Below are positions 21,127 through 32,547 of a DNA stretch of 64,000 bases, in pieces. Every line of letters starts with the position of its first letter. The first letter of the stretch is position 1. Under the pieces are notes generated by a model. It was not told where the DNA came from and searched no databases. It saw only the letters and a list, made by a program, of their open reading frames with translations. The DNA comes from an uncultured Verrucomicrobiae bacterium (GTDB lineage Bacteria; Verrucomicrobiota; Verrucomicrobiia; Chthoniobacterales; UBA10450). The DNA is taken from the NCBI GenBank assembly GCA_963735805.1, contig CAVTMK010000004.1, positions 32,001 through 96,000 of the forward strand, written 5' to 3'. A program made the translations under genes and the position numbers.

Positions 21127-22217
21127 AGAAGCAAATCACAGTCGGCATAATCGGATGCGGTTATTGGGGACCTCTTCTGGTTCGCAACTTCAAGAGTCTT
21201 ACGGACTGCCAACTCAAGGTTGTGTGCGATCTCAATCTCGAGCGCCTAAAACATGTCCGTGCGTTGTATCCGGACATCGAAGGCATGACAGACACGCAGC
21301 AGCTTCTCAACGATACAAGCGTGGACGCCGTGGTCATTGCTACCCCGGTCAAGCATCATTACTCCTTGGCCAAGGCAGCCCTGCTGGCCGGCAAGCATAC
21401 GTTCATCGAAAAACCAATGGCTTCCTCTTCCGCCGAGTGCGAGGAACTGATCGAAATCGCAGAACGCAAGGGGCTGGTTTTAATGATCGATCACACTTTT
21501 CTCTACTCTTCGCCAGTGCAGAAAATTGCCCAGATCGTTCAAGCTGGAGACTTGGGCGAAATACGCTACATCAATTGCCGCCGCCTTAACCTGGGATTAT
21601 TCCAAAAGGACATCAATGTCGCATGGGATCTGGCACCGCATGATATCTCGATCATTCTCCACATTTTGGATGAATTTCCGACTACGATTAACTGCCAGGG
21701 AAACGCTCATATCACGCCCGGGGTAGAGGACGTGACAAACATGTCGCTGTCCTTCTCGCGCAAACGCTTCGCAACTATCCAAAGCAGCTGGCTCGAGCCA
21801 CGTAAAATTCGCGAAATGACCATCGTCGGCACGCGACGCATGATCGTCTATGACGATTTGCGGACACGCGAAAAAATCCGCATTTACGATGCACGTGTAG
21901 AGCGTCCGCCGCACTACGACACGTTCGCTGAGTTTCAATACTCGTATCACTACGGGGACAGTTACATCCCATACCTCCATCAGGAGGAGCCGCTAAAGCT
22001 GGCCTGTCAGCATTTTGTAGATTGTATTAGAACGAGTTCTCAGCCGCTAACGGATGGCCGTCGGGGGTTGGAAATGGTCAGAATCCTTGAGGCGGCCAGC
22101 GCTTCCCTCAAGAAAAACGGCGCGCCCGTGGCCCTTTCACAGCACAATGGTACAGCGCCGGTTGTTGCCCCAGTCAAACCCGAAGAGATCCTTCAGGTTG
22201 AAGCGTTCGCTGGATGA
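21123..22217 (+). CDS. Gfo/Idh/MocA oxidoreductase (sugar 3-dehydrogenase-like)
   Basis: IIGCGYWG, IEKPM, WDLAPHD; ATGA overlap with the upstream gene. Confidence 0.9.
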   Translation: MKKQITVGIIGCGYWGPLLVRNFKSLTDCQLKVVCDLNLERLKHVRALYPDIEGMTDTQQLLNDTSVDAVVIATPVKHHYSLAKAALLAGKHTFIEKPMASSSAECEELIEIAERKGLVLMIDHTFLYSSPVQKIAQIVQAGDLGEIRYINCRRLNLGLFQKDINVAWDLAPHDISIILHILDEFPTTINCQGNAHITPGVEDVTNMSLSFSRKRFATIQSSWLEPRKIREMTIVGTRRMIVYDDLRTREKIRIYDARVERPPHYDTFAEFQYSYHYGDSYIPYLHQEEPLKLACQHFVDCIRTSSQPLTDGRRGLEMVRILEAASASLKKNGAPVALSQHNGTAPVVAPVKPEEILQVEAFAG

Positions 22218-22306
22218 GTCGCGCGCGCCAGCGCTTACTCAAACAGGTAGCGCGGGAAGCTTAGCGCATTCCTCCACAAATTCACTCTACTAACCTAAGC
22301 CATAAC

Positions 22307-23426
22307 ATGAAAGTACCCTTCCTCGATTTGAAGGCGCATCACGCTCCTTTAATTGAAAAGTTCGATCGCGCTATTCGCGAAGTGATCGAGAACAGTGCGT
22401 TTGCGGGCGGACCGTCCGTGGAAAAGTTTGAAGAAGAATTCGCTTCATTCTGCGGCTCTTCACACGCAATCGGCGTTGGCAATGGCACCGACGCGCTTTG
22501 GCTTGCTCTTCTGGCGCTCGGAATTGGTGAAGGCGATGAAGTAATTACGGTTCCAAACACATTTATCGCCACGGCCGAAGCGATTACATATTGCAAGGCT
22601 CGACCAGTGTTTGTGGATGTGGACCAAAACACATTCACGATGAACCCCGCGGAGCTTCAGAAGAGTCTGACGGAGAAAACCAAAGCGATCATTCCGGTTC
22701 ACCTTTTCGGCCAACCGGCCGACATGGACCCGATTTTGAAATTTGCGCGCGAGAACGGCCTCTTCGTGATTGAAGATGCCGCTCAGGCTCACGGCGCCGA
22801 GTACAAAGGCCGAAAAGCAGGCACGATGGGCGATGCAGGGTGCTTCAGTTTTTATCCCGGAAAAAATCTTGGTGCCTTTGGCGAGGCTGGCGCAGTCGTG
22901 ACGAACGACCCTGAGCTACGGAAACAAATCCAAATGCTTCGAGATCACGGTCAGTCACAAAAATATTACCACGCCCTGATGGGATGGAACTGCCGGATGG
23001 ACGGCATTCAGGGTGCAGTTTTGTCTATCAAATTGCGTCACCTTGACGAAGCAAATTCCCTACGGCGCAAACATGCCCTGGAATACAATCAGGCTCTTGC
23101 TGGAATCGACGGAATTCTTACACCGTTCGAGGCGAGTTACGCCAGGCACGTTTATCACGTCTACGCCATTCGGGTGCAGGAACGCGACGCAGTCATGCGA
23201 CAACTCCAAGAAAAAGGAGTCGGCTGTGCTGTGCATTATCCCGGTTCCGGTTCATCTCCAGAAGGCGTGCCAAAACCTGGGCTACACGAAAGGCGCGTTC
23301 CCCGTTTCGGAGAATCTAGCCAACGAATTTGTTTCATTGCCCATGTTTCCGGAGCTGACGAAGAAACAGATCGAATATGTCGCTAGCTGCGTTAGCGAAG
23401 TTGTTGGAGCGGAAGCATACGTCTAG
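22307..23426 (+). CDS. DegT/DnrJ/EryC1/StrS aminotransferase (frameshift near 23241)
   Basis: NGTDAL, IEDAAQAHG, SFYPGKNLG; C-terminus PVPVHLQ...SLPMFPEL continues in another frame. Confidence 0.9.
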
Positions 23427-23437
23427 GAAGAGGCTTT

Positions 23438-24568
23438 TTGAAAACTCTCCAAGCAATTAGGTCACAATCCGTGGAAGCGGTGCCGTTTTCTGGCGACAAT
23501 TCTTTGGTAGGGCCGAAAACGAGCGAGGAATCGCTTCAAATGTGGATTATCAATCCCATCCACAATCCGGGTTGGGACCTTGTGGTCGCCTTGCATCGCG
23601 ACGCCGGTTGCTTCCATACCAGTGCCTGGGCAAAGGTGCTTCATCAGACTTACAACCATCAGCCTTTTTACCTTCAGTTTTCGCGCGGACGGAGGTTGGC
23701 TGCGCTGATTACCGTTGATGGAAGTGCGCAGTGCATTCACCGGTCGACGCGGCGTGTGTCTCCCGTTCAGCGATTCATGTGAGCCGCTCATCTTCGATCC
23801 AGAAGTGGCCCACGTAGTGAAAGATCGAGTCATGCGCTTCGCGGTGGAACGCCGCTGGAAACACCTGGAAATCCGCGGGGGCAAATTGTTTCAGTCCGAA
23901 AGCGCTCCAGTCGCGAAATTTTACGGACATACGCTCGATCTACGCCTTCGCGCTGAGGAGTTGGCGGATCGCTTCAGCAGTCCTGTTCGCCGGGCTATTC
24001 GCAAAGCCCAACGCAACGATGTGGGCGCACTCGTTGTCCGCAATCGGCAAGGCCATCGACGATTTTTATCGGCTTCACGCCCAAACTCGCCGGCGTCACG
24101 GTCTCCCTCCGCAGCCGGTCTCCTTTTTTCTGAACATTTACGAGCACATCATCAAACCTGGTCTCGGCTTTGTCGTTCTCGCACAGCGAGGATCGCGCCC
24201 AATTGCCGGTGCGATTTTCTTCCGTTTTGGAAAGAACGGTGTATATAAATACGGCGCCTCTGACAAGCGGTTTCAGGAATTTCGCGCGAATAATCTTGTC
24301 ATGTGGCAAGGCATTCAGTTTTTGGCGCAAACAGGTGTCGAAAAATTACACTTCGGTCGCACCGAGCAGTGAAAACGACGGTCTGCGACGATTCAAGCTT
24401 GCATGGGACACCAAGGAAGAAACAATTGATTACTTTCGAGTTGATCCGTCGGGTCAGTGTTTACCTCAGCCCCGCCGCGATTCCGCATTCCACAAACACA
24501 TTTTCGGCAGGATGCCGCTGGTCTTCAACCGGCTGGCTGGCTCAATCCTCTATCCACATCTCGACTAA
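23438..24568 (+). CDS. FemAB-like/GNAT protein (frameshifts near 23711, 24050, 24366)
   Basis: FHTSAWAKVL, CLPFSDSC, VRRAIRKA, RRRHGLPPQP, ANNLVMW, LHFGRT, GLRRFKLAW across consecutive ORF pieces. Confidence 0.8.
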
Positions 24569-24579
24569 AGGCTAAAACT

Positions 24580-26603
24580 ATGGCTGAAATCCGACGCGAA
24601 ATCCCACCCCCAACCGGTTTGAAAATTGGCGATATTCTTTTCGCTCTCTTTAAACGCAAGCGAACAATCATCGTGTGCGCAACAGTCGGTATTATTGCCG
24701 CTGCCGCGGTCTATCTGCTTTATCCACCTTCTTACGAATCGCAGGCCAAGTTGTTGGTGCGCTATGTCCTGGAAAGGAGCGGTATTGACCCGGTTGAAGC
24801 AGAGAAAGCCGGTGCTGCAGCGAACGCCGAAGCGGATAGAGTAATCGGTGCTGAAATCGAGATTCTGACCAGTTGGGATTTGGCAGTGCAAGTTGCCCAG
24901 GCACTGGGTCCCCAAAGGGTGCTGCCACCACCCCAGGATCTGATTTACCCACATCGTTCAGGCGATCGGTCTGAAACGACTATTGCCGCCCTCTGGAGCA
25001 TCGGCAACGGAAGCCGAAGCGGCCAGCAGCATCGTTTCGGGTTGAAGGTAATTTCGAGCAAAGGAAGCAACATCATTCTAGTTTCCTATAAGAATCGTAA
25101 TCCTGAGATCGCGACGCTCGTTTTGCAGGAATTGTTGAGTCGTTATTTCGTCAAGCACCTGGAAGTGCACCGCTCTGCGGGCGCCTTCGATTTTGTGGCT
25201 CAACAAACCGATCAGGTCCGCGCGCACTTAACTCAAACGGAGGACGCCCTGAAGTCGTTAAAGGAGAAGACAGGAATTGCATCGCTCAAAGAAGGTGCGG
25301 CGGCCCTTACCACCGAGGCGGCAAAGACGCAGGAACAACTTAATGCCGCTGAGGCGGACCTGGCCGAACAAAAAGCCCTCGCTAATCAGATCGTAGAAAA
25401 AAAGACAAAAGCGTGGGGAACAAAGAACTCGTCACCTGAAAACAGCCCGCGGTCTGTAAAGGTCAAGATCGCTGGCACCCAGGCAAAAGTCGAGGCGCTG
25501 AAGGCTCGGCTTCAGCGATATTCAGCAGAGAACGAAGCAAGCTTTCAGAACTAGGTCCGCAAATTGAAGACTTGGAACGGAAACGAGAGATGGACGAGGC
25601 GAATTACAAGTATTTCGCGGCATCGCTCGAAAAGGCTCGGATCGACGAGGCTTTGGACCCCAGCAAAATGCCGAACATTAGCGCGGTTCAGCGGCCCTCT
25701 CCTCCCGGCCTCGAGACTAAGAAACGCGATAAAATTGTGCTTGCGTTGGCTGGTGGGGGGCTCGTCCTGGGCATCGCTCTCGCGCTGCTACGTGGCTTGG
25801 TTTTGAACCAAACCGTTAGCCGACCGCTCCAGCTGGAAACGCAGTTACACATTCCGCTGATGCTCTCGATCCCCTATAGGAACGGTCACTTCTCTTTGCC
25901 CCGTAATGGTTCACCGGTGAATTCGGAAGCCCTTACGACGGGACGGCGTCACGCCAAATTGGCTCCGTGGGACGCCGACCATTTCATCCGGCCGTACTGC
26001 GACGCGATTCGGGATCGCCTCGGTCTTTATTTCGAGCTTAATCACTTGACGCATAAACCGAAGCTGGTTGGCGTTACCAGCGTTTCCGAGGAAGGGGGAG
26101 CTTCCACGCTTGCTGCTGGACTCGCTGCGTCACTTTCAGAAACAAACGACGGCAAGGTGCTCCTCGTCGATGTAAACCTGGGACCGGAGGAGGTGCATCC
26201 GTTTTTCAAGGGTAAACCTGCCTATCCCTTGAACAAGGCTCTTAAGCCATCGGACACCATCGACTCGGCTGCAGACAATCTCTATCTCGCTACTGTGGGA
26301 TCGTCCAATAGCGGCGGTCCGGCGCAACTCGGGTTGAAAAAATTCTTCGACATGATGCCGAACATGAAGGCGAGCGACTTCGACTACATTATTTTTGATA
26401 TGCCCCCGCTGGATCAAACGAGTCCTACGTGGGGAATGGCTGCTTTCATGGACAGGCTTTTGGTCGTGGTCGAGGCAGAGAAGAACAGCCGCGAGGTCAT
26501 TAAGCGCAGCTACGGGAAGCTGATCGCTGAGCGAAAAAACGTCGCAGTCGTGGTAAACAAGTCGCGTTCCTATGTCCCAAAGTGGCTTGATTCTGAGTCT
26601 TAA
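24580..26603 (+). CDS. Wzz/Wzc (GumC-like) polysaccharide co-polymerase (frameshifted)
   Basis: N-terminal TM then YESQAKLLV, coiled coil, second TM, C-terminal P-loop-like domain with DYIIFDMPP. Confidence 0.85.
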
Positions 26604-26691
26604 TCAGCCGCATTTCCTAATGGTGGAACCGCGGTTATAATGTCTGCGATAATTAGCCTGCGACCGCTCTGGGATTATTGATATCCTGAGG

Positions 26692-26832
26692 ATGCTCTTC
26701 GTCTTGTTATTTTTGCTCATAGTCCTGTTCGCGCTTCCACTACACCGGGTTGAAGATCGGAAGCAGGCAGGACATACAAAAGCTTTCAACACGCCTTTGG
26801 GTGGCCCTAAGAACCTTCACCGCGAGCGATGA
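26692..26832 (+). CDS. Possible 46-aa single-TM small protein
   Basis: MLFVLLFLLIVLFALPLHRVEDRK...; fills the gap between Wzc and the deacetylase on the operon strand. Confidence 0.3.
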   Translation: MLFVLLFLLIVLFALPLHRVEDRKQAGHTKAFNTPLGGPKNLHRER

Positions 26833-26846
26833 ACCAGCGATAACGC

Positions 26847-27821
26847 ATGTTACGCAATCGAATTTACTACGGGCTAAAGCCTTTCGTTCCACAATTTCTT
26901 CGAACGGCGATTCGACGAAAACTGGCAATGCGATTACGCAAGCGCAACCGGGATGTTTGGCCGATTATGCCCGGATCGGAACGAGCACCGGAAAACTGGC
27001 CCGGCTGGCCGGAGGGCAAAAAATTTGCGCTTGTTCTGACCCACGACGTCGAGAGCAAAAGAGGCCTGAGCAGGTGCCGATCCTTAATGCAACTGGAATC
27101 GGACCTTGGATTCCGTTCTTCCTTTAATTTTATCCCTGAGGGCAGTTACCGAGTTCCTGCAGAATTAAGGGAGGAACTCACTGCCAGCGGGTTCGAGGTT
27201 GGGATACATGATCTTAAACACGATGGCCATCTGTTTTCCTCTCGGCGCAAGTTCAAGCGGCGTGCCGCGAAGATCAACAGTTATGCGCGTGAGTGGGGCG
27301 CCTCAGGATTCAGATCAGGGTTCATGTTGCGTCATCTCGACTGGTTGCACGATCTCAATGTCCAGTACGATGCATCTACCTTTGATACGGATCCATTTGA
27401 ACCGCAGCCCGACGGCCGTCACACCATCTTCCCATTCTGGGTGCCACATCCAAACGGCAGCTCCATCAAACCTGAACGATCGGTCATCAACCGTTCTTCA
27501 AGAGGTTACGTCGAGGTCCCTTATACGCTTCCTCAGGACTTCACACTTTTCGTACTGTTACAAGAGAAGACGCCGGAAATCTGGCTGCGAAAACTCGATT
27601 GGATTGCCCAACACGGCGGAATGGCGCTGGTTGATGTCCATCCTGATTACTTGTGCTTTGATGACGCAGTCGGACCGACGGAGTATCCGGTCACCCATTA
27701 CAAATCATTTCTGGATTACGTGAGTCGCCAGTATAAGGGGGCCTTTTGGAACGCGACGCCGAGCAAAGTGGCGCAGTTTTGCGCTGGTATCGCGAAGGCT
27801 CCAACCTCAAGCCAGGGCTAG
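26847..27821 (+). CDS. Polysaccharide deacetylase-like protein
   Basis: [28 protein letters not shown] motifs. Confidence 0.8.
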   Translation: MLRNRIYYGLKPFVPQFLRTAIRRKLAMRLRKRNRDVWPIMPGSERAPENWPGWPEGKKFALVLTHDVESKRGLSRCRSLMQLESDLGFRSSFNFIPEGSYRVPAELREELTASGFEVGIHDLKHDGHLFSSRRKFKRRAAKINSYAREWGASGFRSGFMLRHLDWLHDLNVQYDASTFDTDPFEPQPDGRHTIFPFWVPHPNGSSIKPERSVINRSSRGYVEVPYTLPQDFTLFVLLQEKTPEIWLRKLDWIAQHGGMALVDVHPDYLCFDDAVGPTEYPVTHYKSFLDYVSRQYKGAFWNATPSKVAQFCAGIAKAPTSSQG

Positions 27822-27843
27822 CCCTGTCAAAACAACTTTTTTT

Positions 27844-29151
27844 ATGGATGTCACAGTATTTGGAATGGGATATGTGGGATGTGTAACGGCGGCATGCCTG
27901 GCTGAGATGGGCCACTCCGTGACTGGCGTAGACTTACAAGAAGTTAAGGTCTCTCTCATTAACTCCGGAAAAAGCCCGATTATCGAACCGGATCTGGAAG
28001 AATTGATTCGGCGCGGGGTCGCCGCGAAACGCCTGCACGCTACTCCGCGCGCGCAGAGCCTCGGTGACGTTTCCCTGGTTTGTGTTGGGACACCGAGTAA
28101 CGACAACGGCAGTCTAGGTCTTGCCCAGCTTAAAAGGGTGGTGAGCGAGATCGGCCGGTTGCTGCGAAAAACCGACAGTTACCACGTCGTAGTCCTCCGA
28201 AGCACCGTTTTGCCGGGAACGGTGAACGATGTGGTGCGTCCCTTGCTGGAAGAAGAATCTGGTAAAAAGGATGGAAAGGACTTCGGTATCTGCATGAATC
28301 CCGAGTTCATGCGCGAAACGACGGCTATTCATGATTTTCATAATCCCGCGTTTACGATCATCGGAACCAATGACGATCGTGCTGCTGAACGAGTTGCCAC
28401 TCTTTATTCCAGCTTAAAAGCCCCGATAGAGCGTACGCCCCTTTCAGTAGCTGAGTTGATCAAGTACGCCTCTAACGCATTTCACGCCGTTAAAGTGTGT
28501 TTCGCGAATGAGATCGGAAATCTCTGCAAGGCGATGGGCACTGATAGCCACAAAGTAATGGAGATTTTTTGCAAAGATACAAAGCTGAACATCTCTCCCT
28601 ATTACCTTAAACCCGGGTTTGCTTTTGGCGGCTCGTGTCTGCCAAAGGACATTCGCGCTATTCTTTACAAGGCGAAGCAATTGGACCTGGAAATGCCGGT
28701 GCTAGGTGCCGTGCTCGAAACGAATCGCAAGCAGATCGAGCTAGCCTTCAATTTAATCCGCCACACGGGCAAAAACCGTGTCGGTGTATTGGGCCTCAGT
28801 TTCAAGGGCGGCTCCGACGATCTCCGTGAAAGTCCGATTGTTGGATTGATCGAAACCTTGATCGGCAAAGGATATAAATTGAGTATCTACGACGAGGAAG
28901 TTGCTTTAGCGAGACTTGTAGGTGCGAACAAGCAATACATCGAACAAGCAATACCGCACATTTCATCGTTGATGGTTTCTACTGCGAAGGAAGCCATAGA
29001 AGCCAGTGACGTGGTAGTCGTTGGTAAGAATAATTCGAACATTCAGGAAGCTGTAACCAATAATGGCGATTCAAAGCTGATTATCGATTTAATTCGGTTA
29101 CCACGAGAAACCGTGAAGGCTTCTCCCAATTATCAAGGCATCTGCTGGTAG
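27844..29151 (+). CDS. Nucleotide-sugar 6-dehydrogenase (GDP-mannose dehydrogenase-like)
   Basis: [47 protein letters not shown]. Confidence 0.9.
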   Translation: MDVTVFGMGYVGCVTAACLAEMGHSVTGVDLQEVKVSLINSGKSPIIEPDLEELIRRGVAAKRLHATPRAQSLGDVSLVCVGTPSNDNGSLGLAQLKRVVSEIGRLLRKTDSYHVVVLRSTVLPGTVNDVVRPLLEEESGKKDGKDFGICMNPEFMRETTAIHDFHNPAFTIIGTNDDRAAERVATLYSSLKAPIERTPLSVAELIKYASNAFHAVKVCFANEIGNLCKAMGTDSHKVMEIFCKDTKLNISPYYLKPGFAFGGSCLPKDIRAILYKAKQLDLEMPVLGAVLETNRKQIELAFNLIRHTGKNRVGVLGLSFKGGSDDLRESPIVGLIETLIGKGYKLSIYDEEVALARLVGANKQYIEQAIPHISSLMVSTAKEAIEASDVVVVGKNNSNIQEAVTNNGDSKLIIDLIRLPRETVKASPNYQGICW

Positions 29152-29177
29152 AACTGCTACAACACAGTCCCATCATA

Positions 29178-30476
29178 ATGCGATCTCCAATCAAAACCCT
29201 GATGTGGGTTGAGAACCATTTTCCACAGGACACTCGTGTCAGGAACGAGGCGGCTTTACTCACTGACGCAGGTTACCAGGTCTCGGTCATCGCGCTTCGG
29301 AAACCGGGCCAGCTGGGACGTGAGACCTTGGACGGCGTGGAAGTTTACCGCGTGCCAACGCTGGAACTGTTTAAAAAGACTCCATCCGCAAAGGTTAACC
29401 GACTCAACCTGGCTCTTGTTAAGCTGAAATCCTTTCTTGGTTATGTTGTTGAATACTGTTACTTCACGTCAGCCTGTCTCATAGTTAGCGCTTACATTCT
29501 TGTGACGCGCGGCTTCGACGTAATGCACGCTCACAATCCTCCCGATACCCTCTTTTTAGCGGCTTTGCCTTTCAAACTGCTCGGAAAGAAATTTGTCTTC
29601 GATGAGCATGATCTCTGCCCGGAGCTTTACCGTTCCCGTTATGGCGCCGCAGAAGGATTTTACACTCGGTTGCTAGGAATGTTTGAATGGTGCAGTCTGA
29701 AACTCGCCGATATCACGATTGCCACAAACGAATCGTATAAACAGATACAAGTCGAACGCGCGAACAAGGATCCCCGCGATGTCTTCATCGTAAGAAATGG
29801 TCCGAACCGGATGCGGATGACGCCGGCCGCACCCAGCGTCCGTTTGAAAGCGATGAACAAGTCCATCCTATGCTACATCGGCAGCCTAAATCCACAGGAC
29901 GGTGTTGATTATCTACTTAGGTCGTTGCGGCACTTGCTCCATGGCTTGAAGCGTTCGGATTTTTATTGCGTCATAATGGGTAGCGGGGACTCTCTGCAAG
30001 ATTTGCGCGATCTGGCTGGAAACCTGCAACTTAACGGGTGCGTTGAACTAACCGGCTTCGTCTCCGATGAAGAATTGCAAGCTAACCTTGCGGCTGCCGA
30101 TATTTGCGTGGATCCCGATCCGTCCAGCCCGTTAAACGACGTGTCTACTTGGATCAAGGTGATGGAATATATGGCCTCTGCAAAGCCGATCGTGTCCTTC
30201 GACTTGAAGGAAACGCGCTTTTCTGCAAGGGACGCTGCGATGTATGTTGAACCAAACAACGAAACTCGATTCGCGGAAGCGATCGCCGAACTTATGGACC
30301 AGCCCGCACTTCAAGAGAGAATGGGAACCTACGGCCGCCGCCGCGTCACGGAGGAACTGCAATGGGCGAAGGTCGGCCAAAACCTTGTGACCGCGTATGA
30401 AACGCTCCTCAAGCGGGAATTAAAAACGTCCTCTGAAACGCATCGCGGGAAGAAATTCACAGAGATCAGCTCGTAG
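29178..30476 (+). CDS. Glycosyltransferase family 4
   Basis: HAHNPPD, KVMEYMASAKPIV. Confidence 0.88.
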   Translation: MRSPIKTLMWVENHFPQDTRVRNEAALLTDAGYQVSVIALRKPGQLGRETLDGVEVYRVPTLELFKKTPSAKVNRLNLALVKLKSFLGYVVEYCYFTSACLIVSAYILVTRGFDVMHAHNPPDTLFLAALPFKLLGKKFVFDEHDLCPELYRSRYGAAEGFYTRLLGMFEWCSLKLADITIATNESYKQIQVERANKDPRDVFIVRNGPNRMRMTPAAPSVRLKAMNKSILCYIGSLNPQDGVDYLLRSLRHLLHGLKRSDFYCVIMGSGDSLQDLRDLAGNLQLNGCVELTGFVSDEELQANLAAADICVDPDPSSPLNDVSTWIKVMEYMASAKPIVSFDLKETRFSARDAAMYVEPNNETRFAEAIAELMDQPALQERMGTYGRRRVTEELQWAKVGQNLVTAYETLLKRELKTSSETHRGKKFTEISS

Positions 30477-30516
30477 CTGTCTTTGCCCTTTCCGGATAAA
30501 CCGTCCTTATCTATTC

Positions 30517-31119
30517 TTGACTACCCAGGTTCCTTCAACTCAGGCACCAAACGAGATCTTTGTGACAAAACCCGAAATCCGGCATGCAGGGATTGCCGAT
30601 GTAACGTTTGGTAAAACCGTCACCGTGGTGCAACCGGTCAATCTCTATGGATGCACGATTGGAGATGGCAGCTTCATCGGCCCATTCGTAGAGATACAAA
30701 AGGGAGTAACCATCGGGAAGCGATGCAGGATTCAATCGCACTCATTCATTTGTGAGCTCGTAACGATCGGAGACGAATGCTTCATCTCTCATGGCGCCAT
30801 GTTCATCAACGATCTGTTTGTCACTGGGGGCCCTGACGCAAATCCGGGCTCCTGGCGAGCAACAAGACTTGGCAATCGTGTAAGCGTTGGAACAAATGCC
30901 ACCATTCTTCCGGTCACGATCTGCGATCAAGTCGTCATTGGCGCCGGCGCGGTTGTTACCAAGGACATCACCGAGCCGGGGATTTACGTTGGCAACCCGG
31001 CGCGCTTGTTGCGCGCCTTGAAAACTCCAGCGACCAGATCTGAAGATCGGAGGATAGTTTTCCACATTCCAGGCACTGCTGATCCCTGGAAAATAAAAGC
31101 GTTCCCTTCTTCAATTTGA
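30517..31119 (+). CDS. Hexapeptide-repeat sugar N-acetyltransferase (WbpD-like)
   Basis: IGPFVEIQKGVTIG, IQSHSFICE, IGAGAVVTKD, GNPAR. Confidence 0.88.
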   Translation: MTTQVPSTQAPNEIFVTKPEIRHAGIADVTFGKTVTVVQPVNLYGCTIGDGSFIGPFVEIQKGVTIGKRCRIQSHSFICELVTIGDECFISHGAMFINDLFVTGGPDANPGSWRATRLGNRVSVGTNATILPVTICDQVVIGAGAVVTKDITEPGIYVGNPARLLRALKTPATRSEDRRIVFHIPGTADPWKIKAFPSSI

Positions 31120-31148
31120 TCGTTGTAACCGCTTACCGCACCTAAGAC

Positions 31149-32547
31149 ATGAGTCTCCACCTCTCCCCAACATTAGCCTCCTGCCTTACGCTCGCCGTTA
31201 TTATCTTCCTTTTCCGGCGCGACATTCGGCAGAAGCCCGATGTTACCGGCGCGCTCTGGCTGCCGTTGCTTTGGCTGGTGCTTGGTTGCTCAAGGTCCGT
31301 TTCCGCATGGCTCAATATCTTCGGCTTGCCTGTGAGCGGTGGCCCTTCAGTGGAAGAGGGAAGTCCGCTGGATGCTTGGTTTTATTTTGCACTGATTATA
31401 GCGGGCTTTTTTGTCCTCGCTAACAGACAAGTCCGTCTTTCAGAAGTCATTTCCAACAACGGTTGGCTCATTGTTTTCTTGCTTTACTGTTTCATTTCCA
31501 TCACCTGGTCTGATTTTCCGTTCGTAGCTTTCAAGCGGTGGCTCAAAATTCTTGGTCATCCGATCATGGCGCTGATCGTCCTTACGGAACCGGATCCCAA
31601 GGAAGCGCTAATCCGGTTGATGAAGCGATGCGCCTATGTCGTGGTCCCTGTCTCCATTCTGTTTGATCAAATATTATCCTGAATTGGGACGGGGTTTTAG
31701 CCCGTGGGGCGGGGGAGTGAGCACAGGCATCACCACAGATAAAAACATGCTGGGTGCAGATTGTCTGATCCTGGGTTACTTTTTCTTTTGGTATTTGCTG
31801 CAAACCTGGCAAAGCGAGCGGAGCAGGTGGAGACGAAACGAGCTTTGGCTGATCGCCGGATTCGCGATCGGTATCTGGTGGCTTTTCACACAGGCGCACA
31901 GTGCCACATCGTTCATATCTCTCGATCGTAGGGATACTCGTGGTTCTGTTTGTCGGCTTCGTCTTATAAACAAGAATTTTATTGGGACGTACATGCTGGC
32001 AGCCCTCGTTCTCCTTGTCGCAGCAGAAATGATGTTTGGGATTTCGTCGCATATGTCCGAGAATCTAGGCAGGGGCTCGGAGCTATCAGGAAGAACAGCG
32101 CTCTGGACAACCCTCCTGGGATTGCATACCAATCCGATTCTTGGAACGGGATTTGAGAGCTTCTGGTTAGGGAAAAGGGTAGAGCAGTTGGAAGGAATCT
32201 TCTATTTTGTTCCAAACGAGGCGCATAACGGCTATTTGGAAACCTATTTGACCTTGGGGGGAATTGGAGTGTTCCTCCTAATTGGACTGTTTATTGCGAC
32301 GTTCCGGAAAATTCGCCTTGAGCTTTTTCGGAATTTTGAATGGGGAAGATATCGATTGGGATTCCTCGCGGCATTAATACTGTACAACTGGACAGAAGCA
32401 GCCTTCAAAACCTTAAGTCCTCTCTGGTTTGTTTTCTACCTCATAGCTACTGACTACCCGCGAATCCTCCTCGCCAGCGTCCAAGAATCCGATGGGGTTG
32501 AGAACACGGAAGAAAGCGGAGAACTGGTGTATGTCGACCAATCCTAG
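31149..32547 (+). CDS. O-antigen ligase/Wzy polymerase family protein (frameshifted)
   Basis: Multiple TMs, KNMLG, LSGRTALW, GTGFESFW, EAHNGYLE. Confidence 0.85.
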
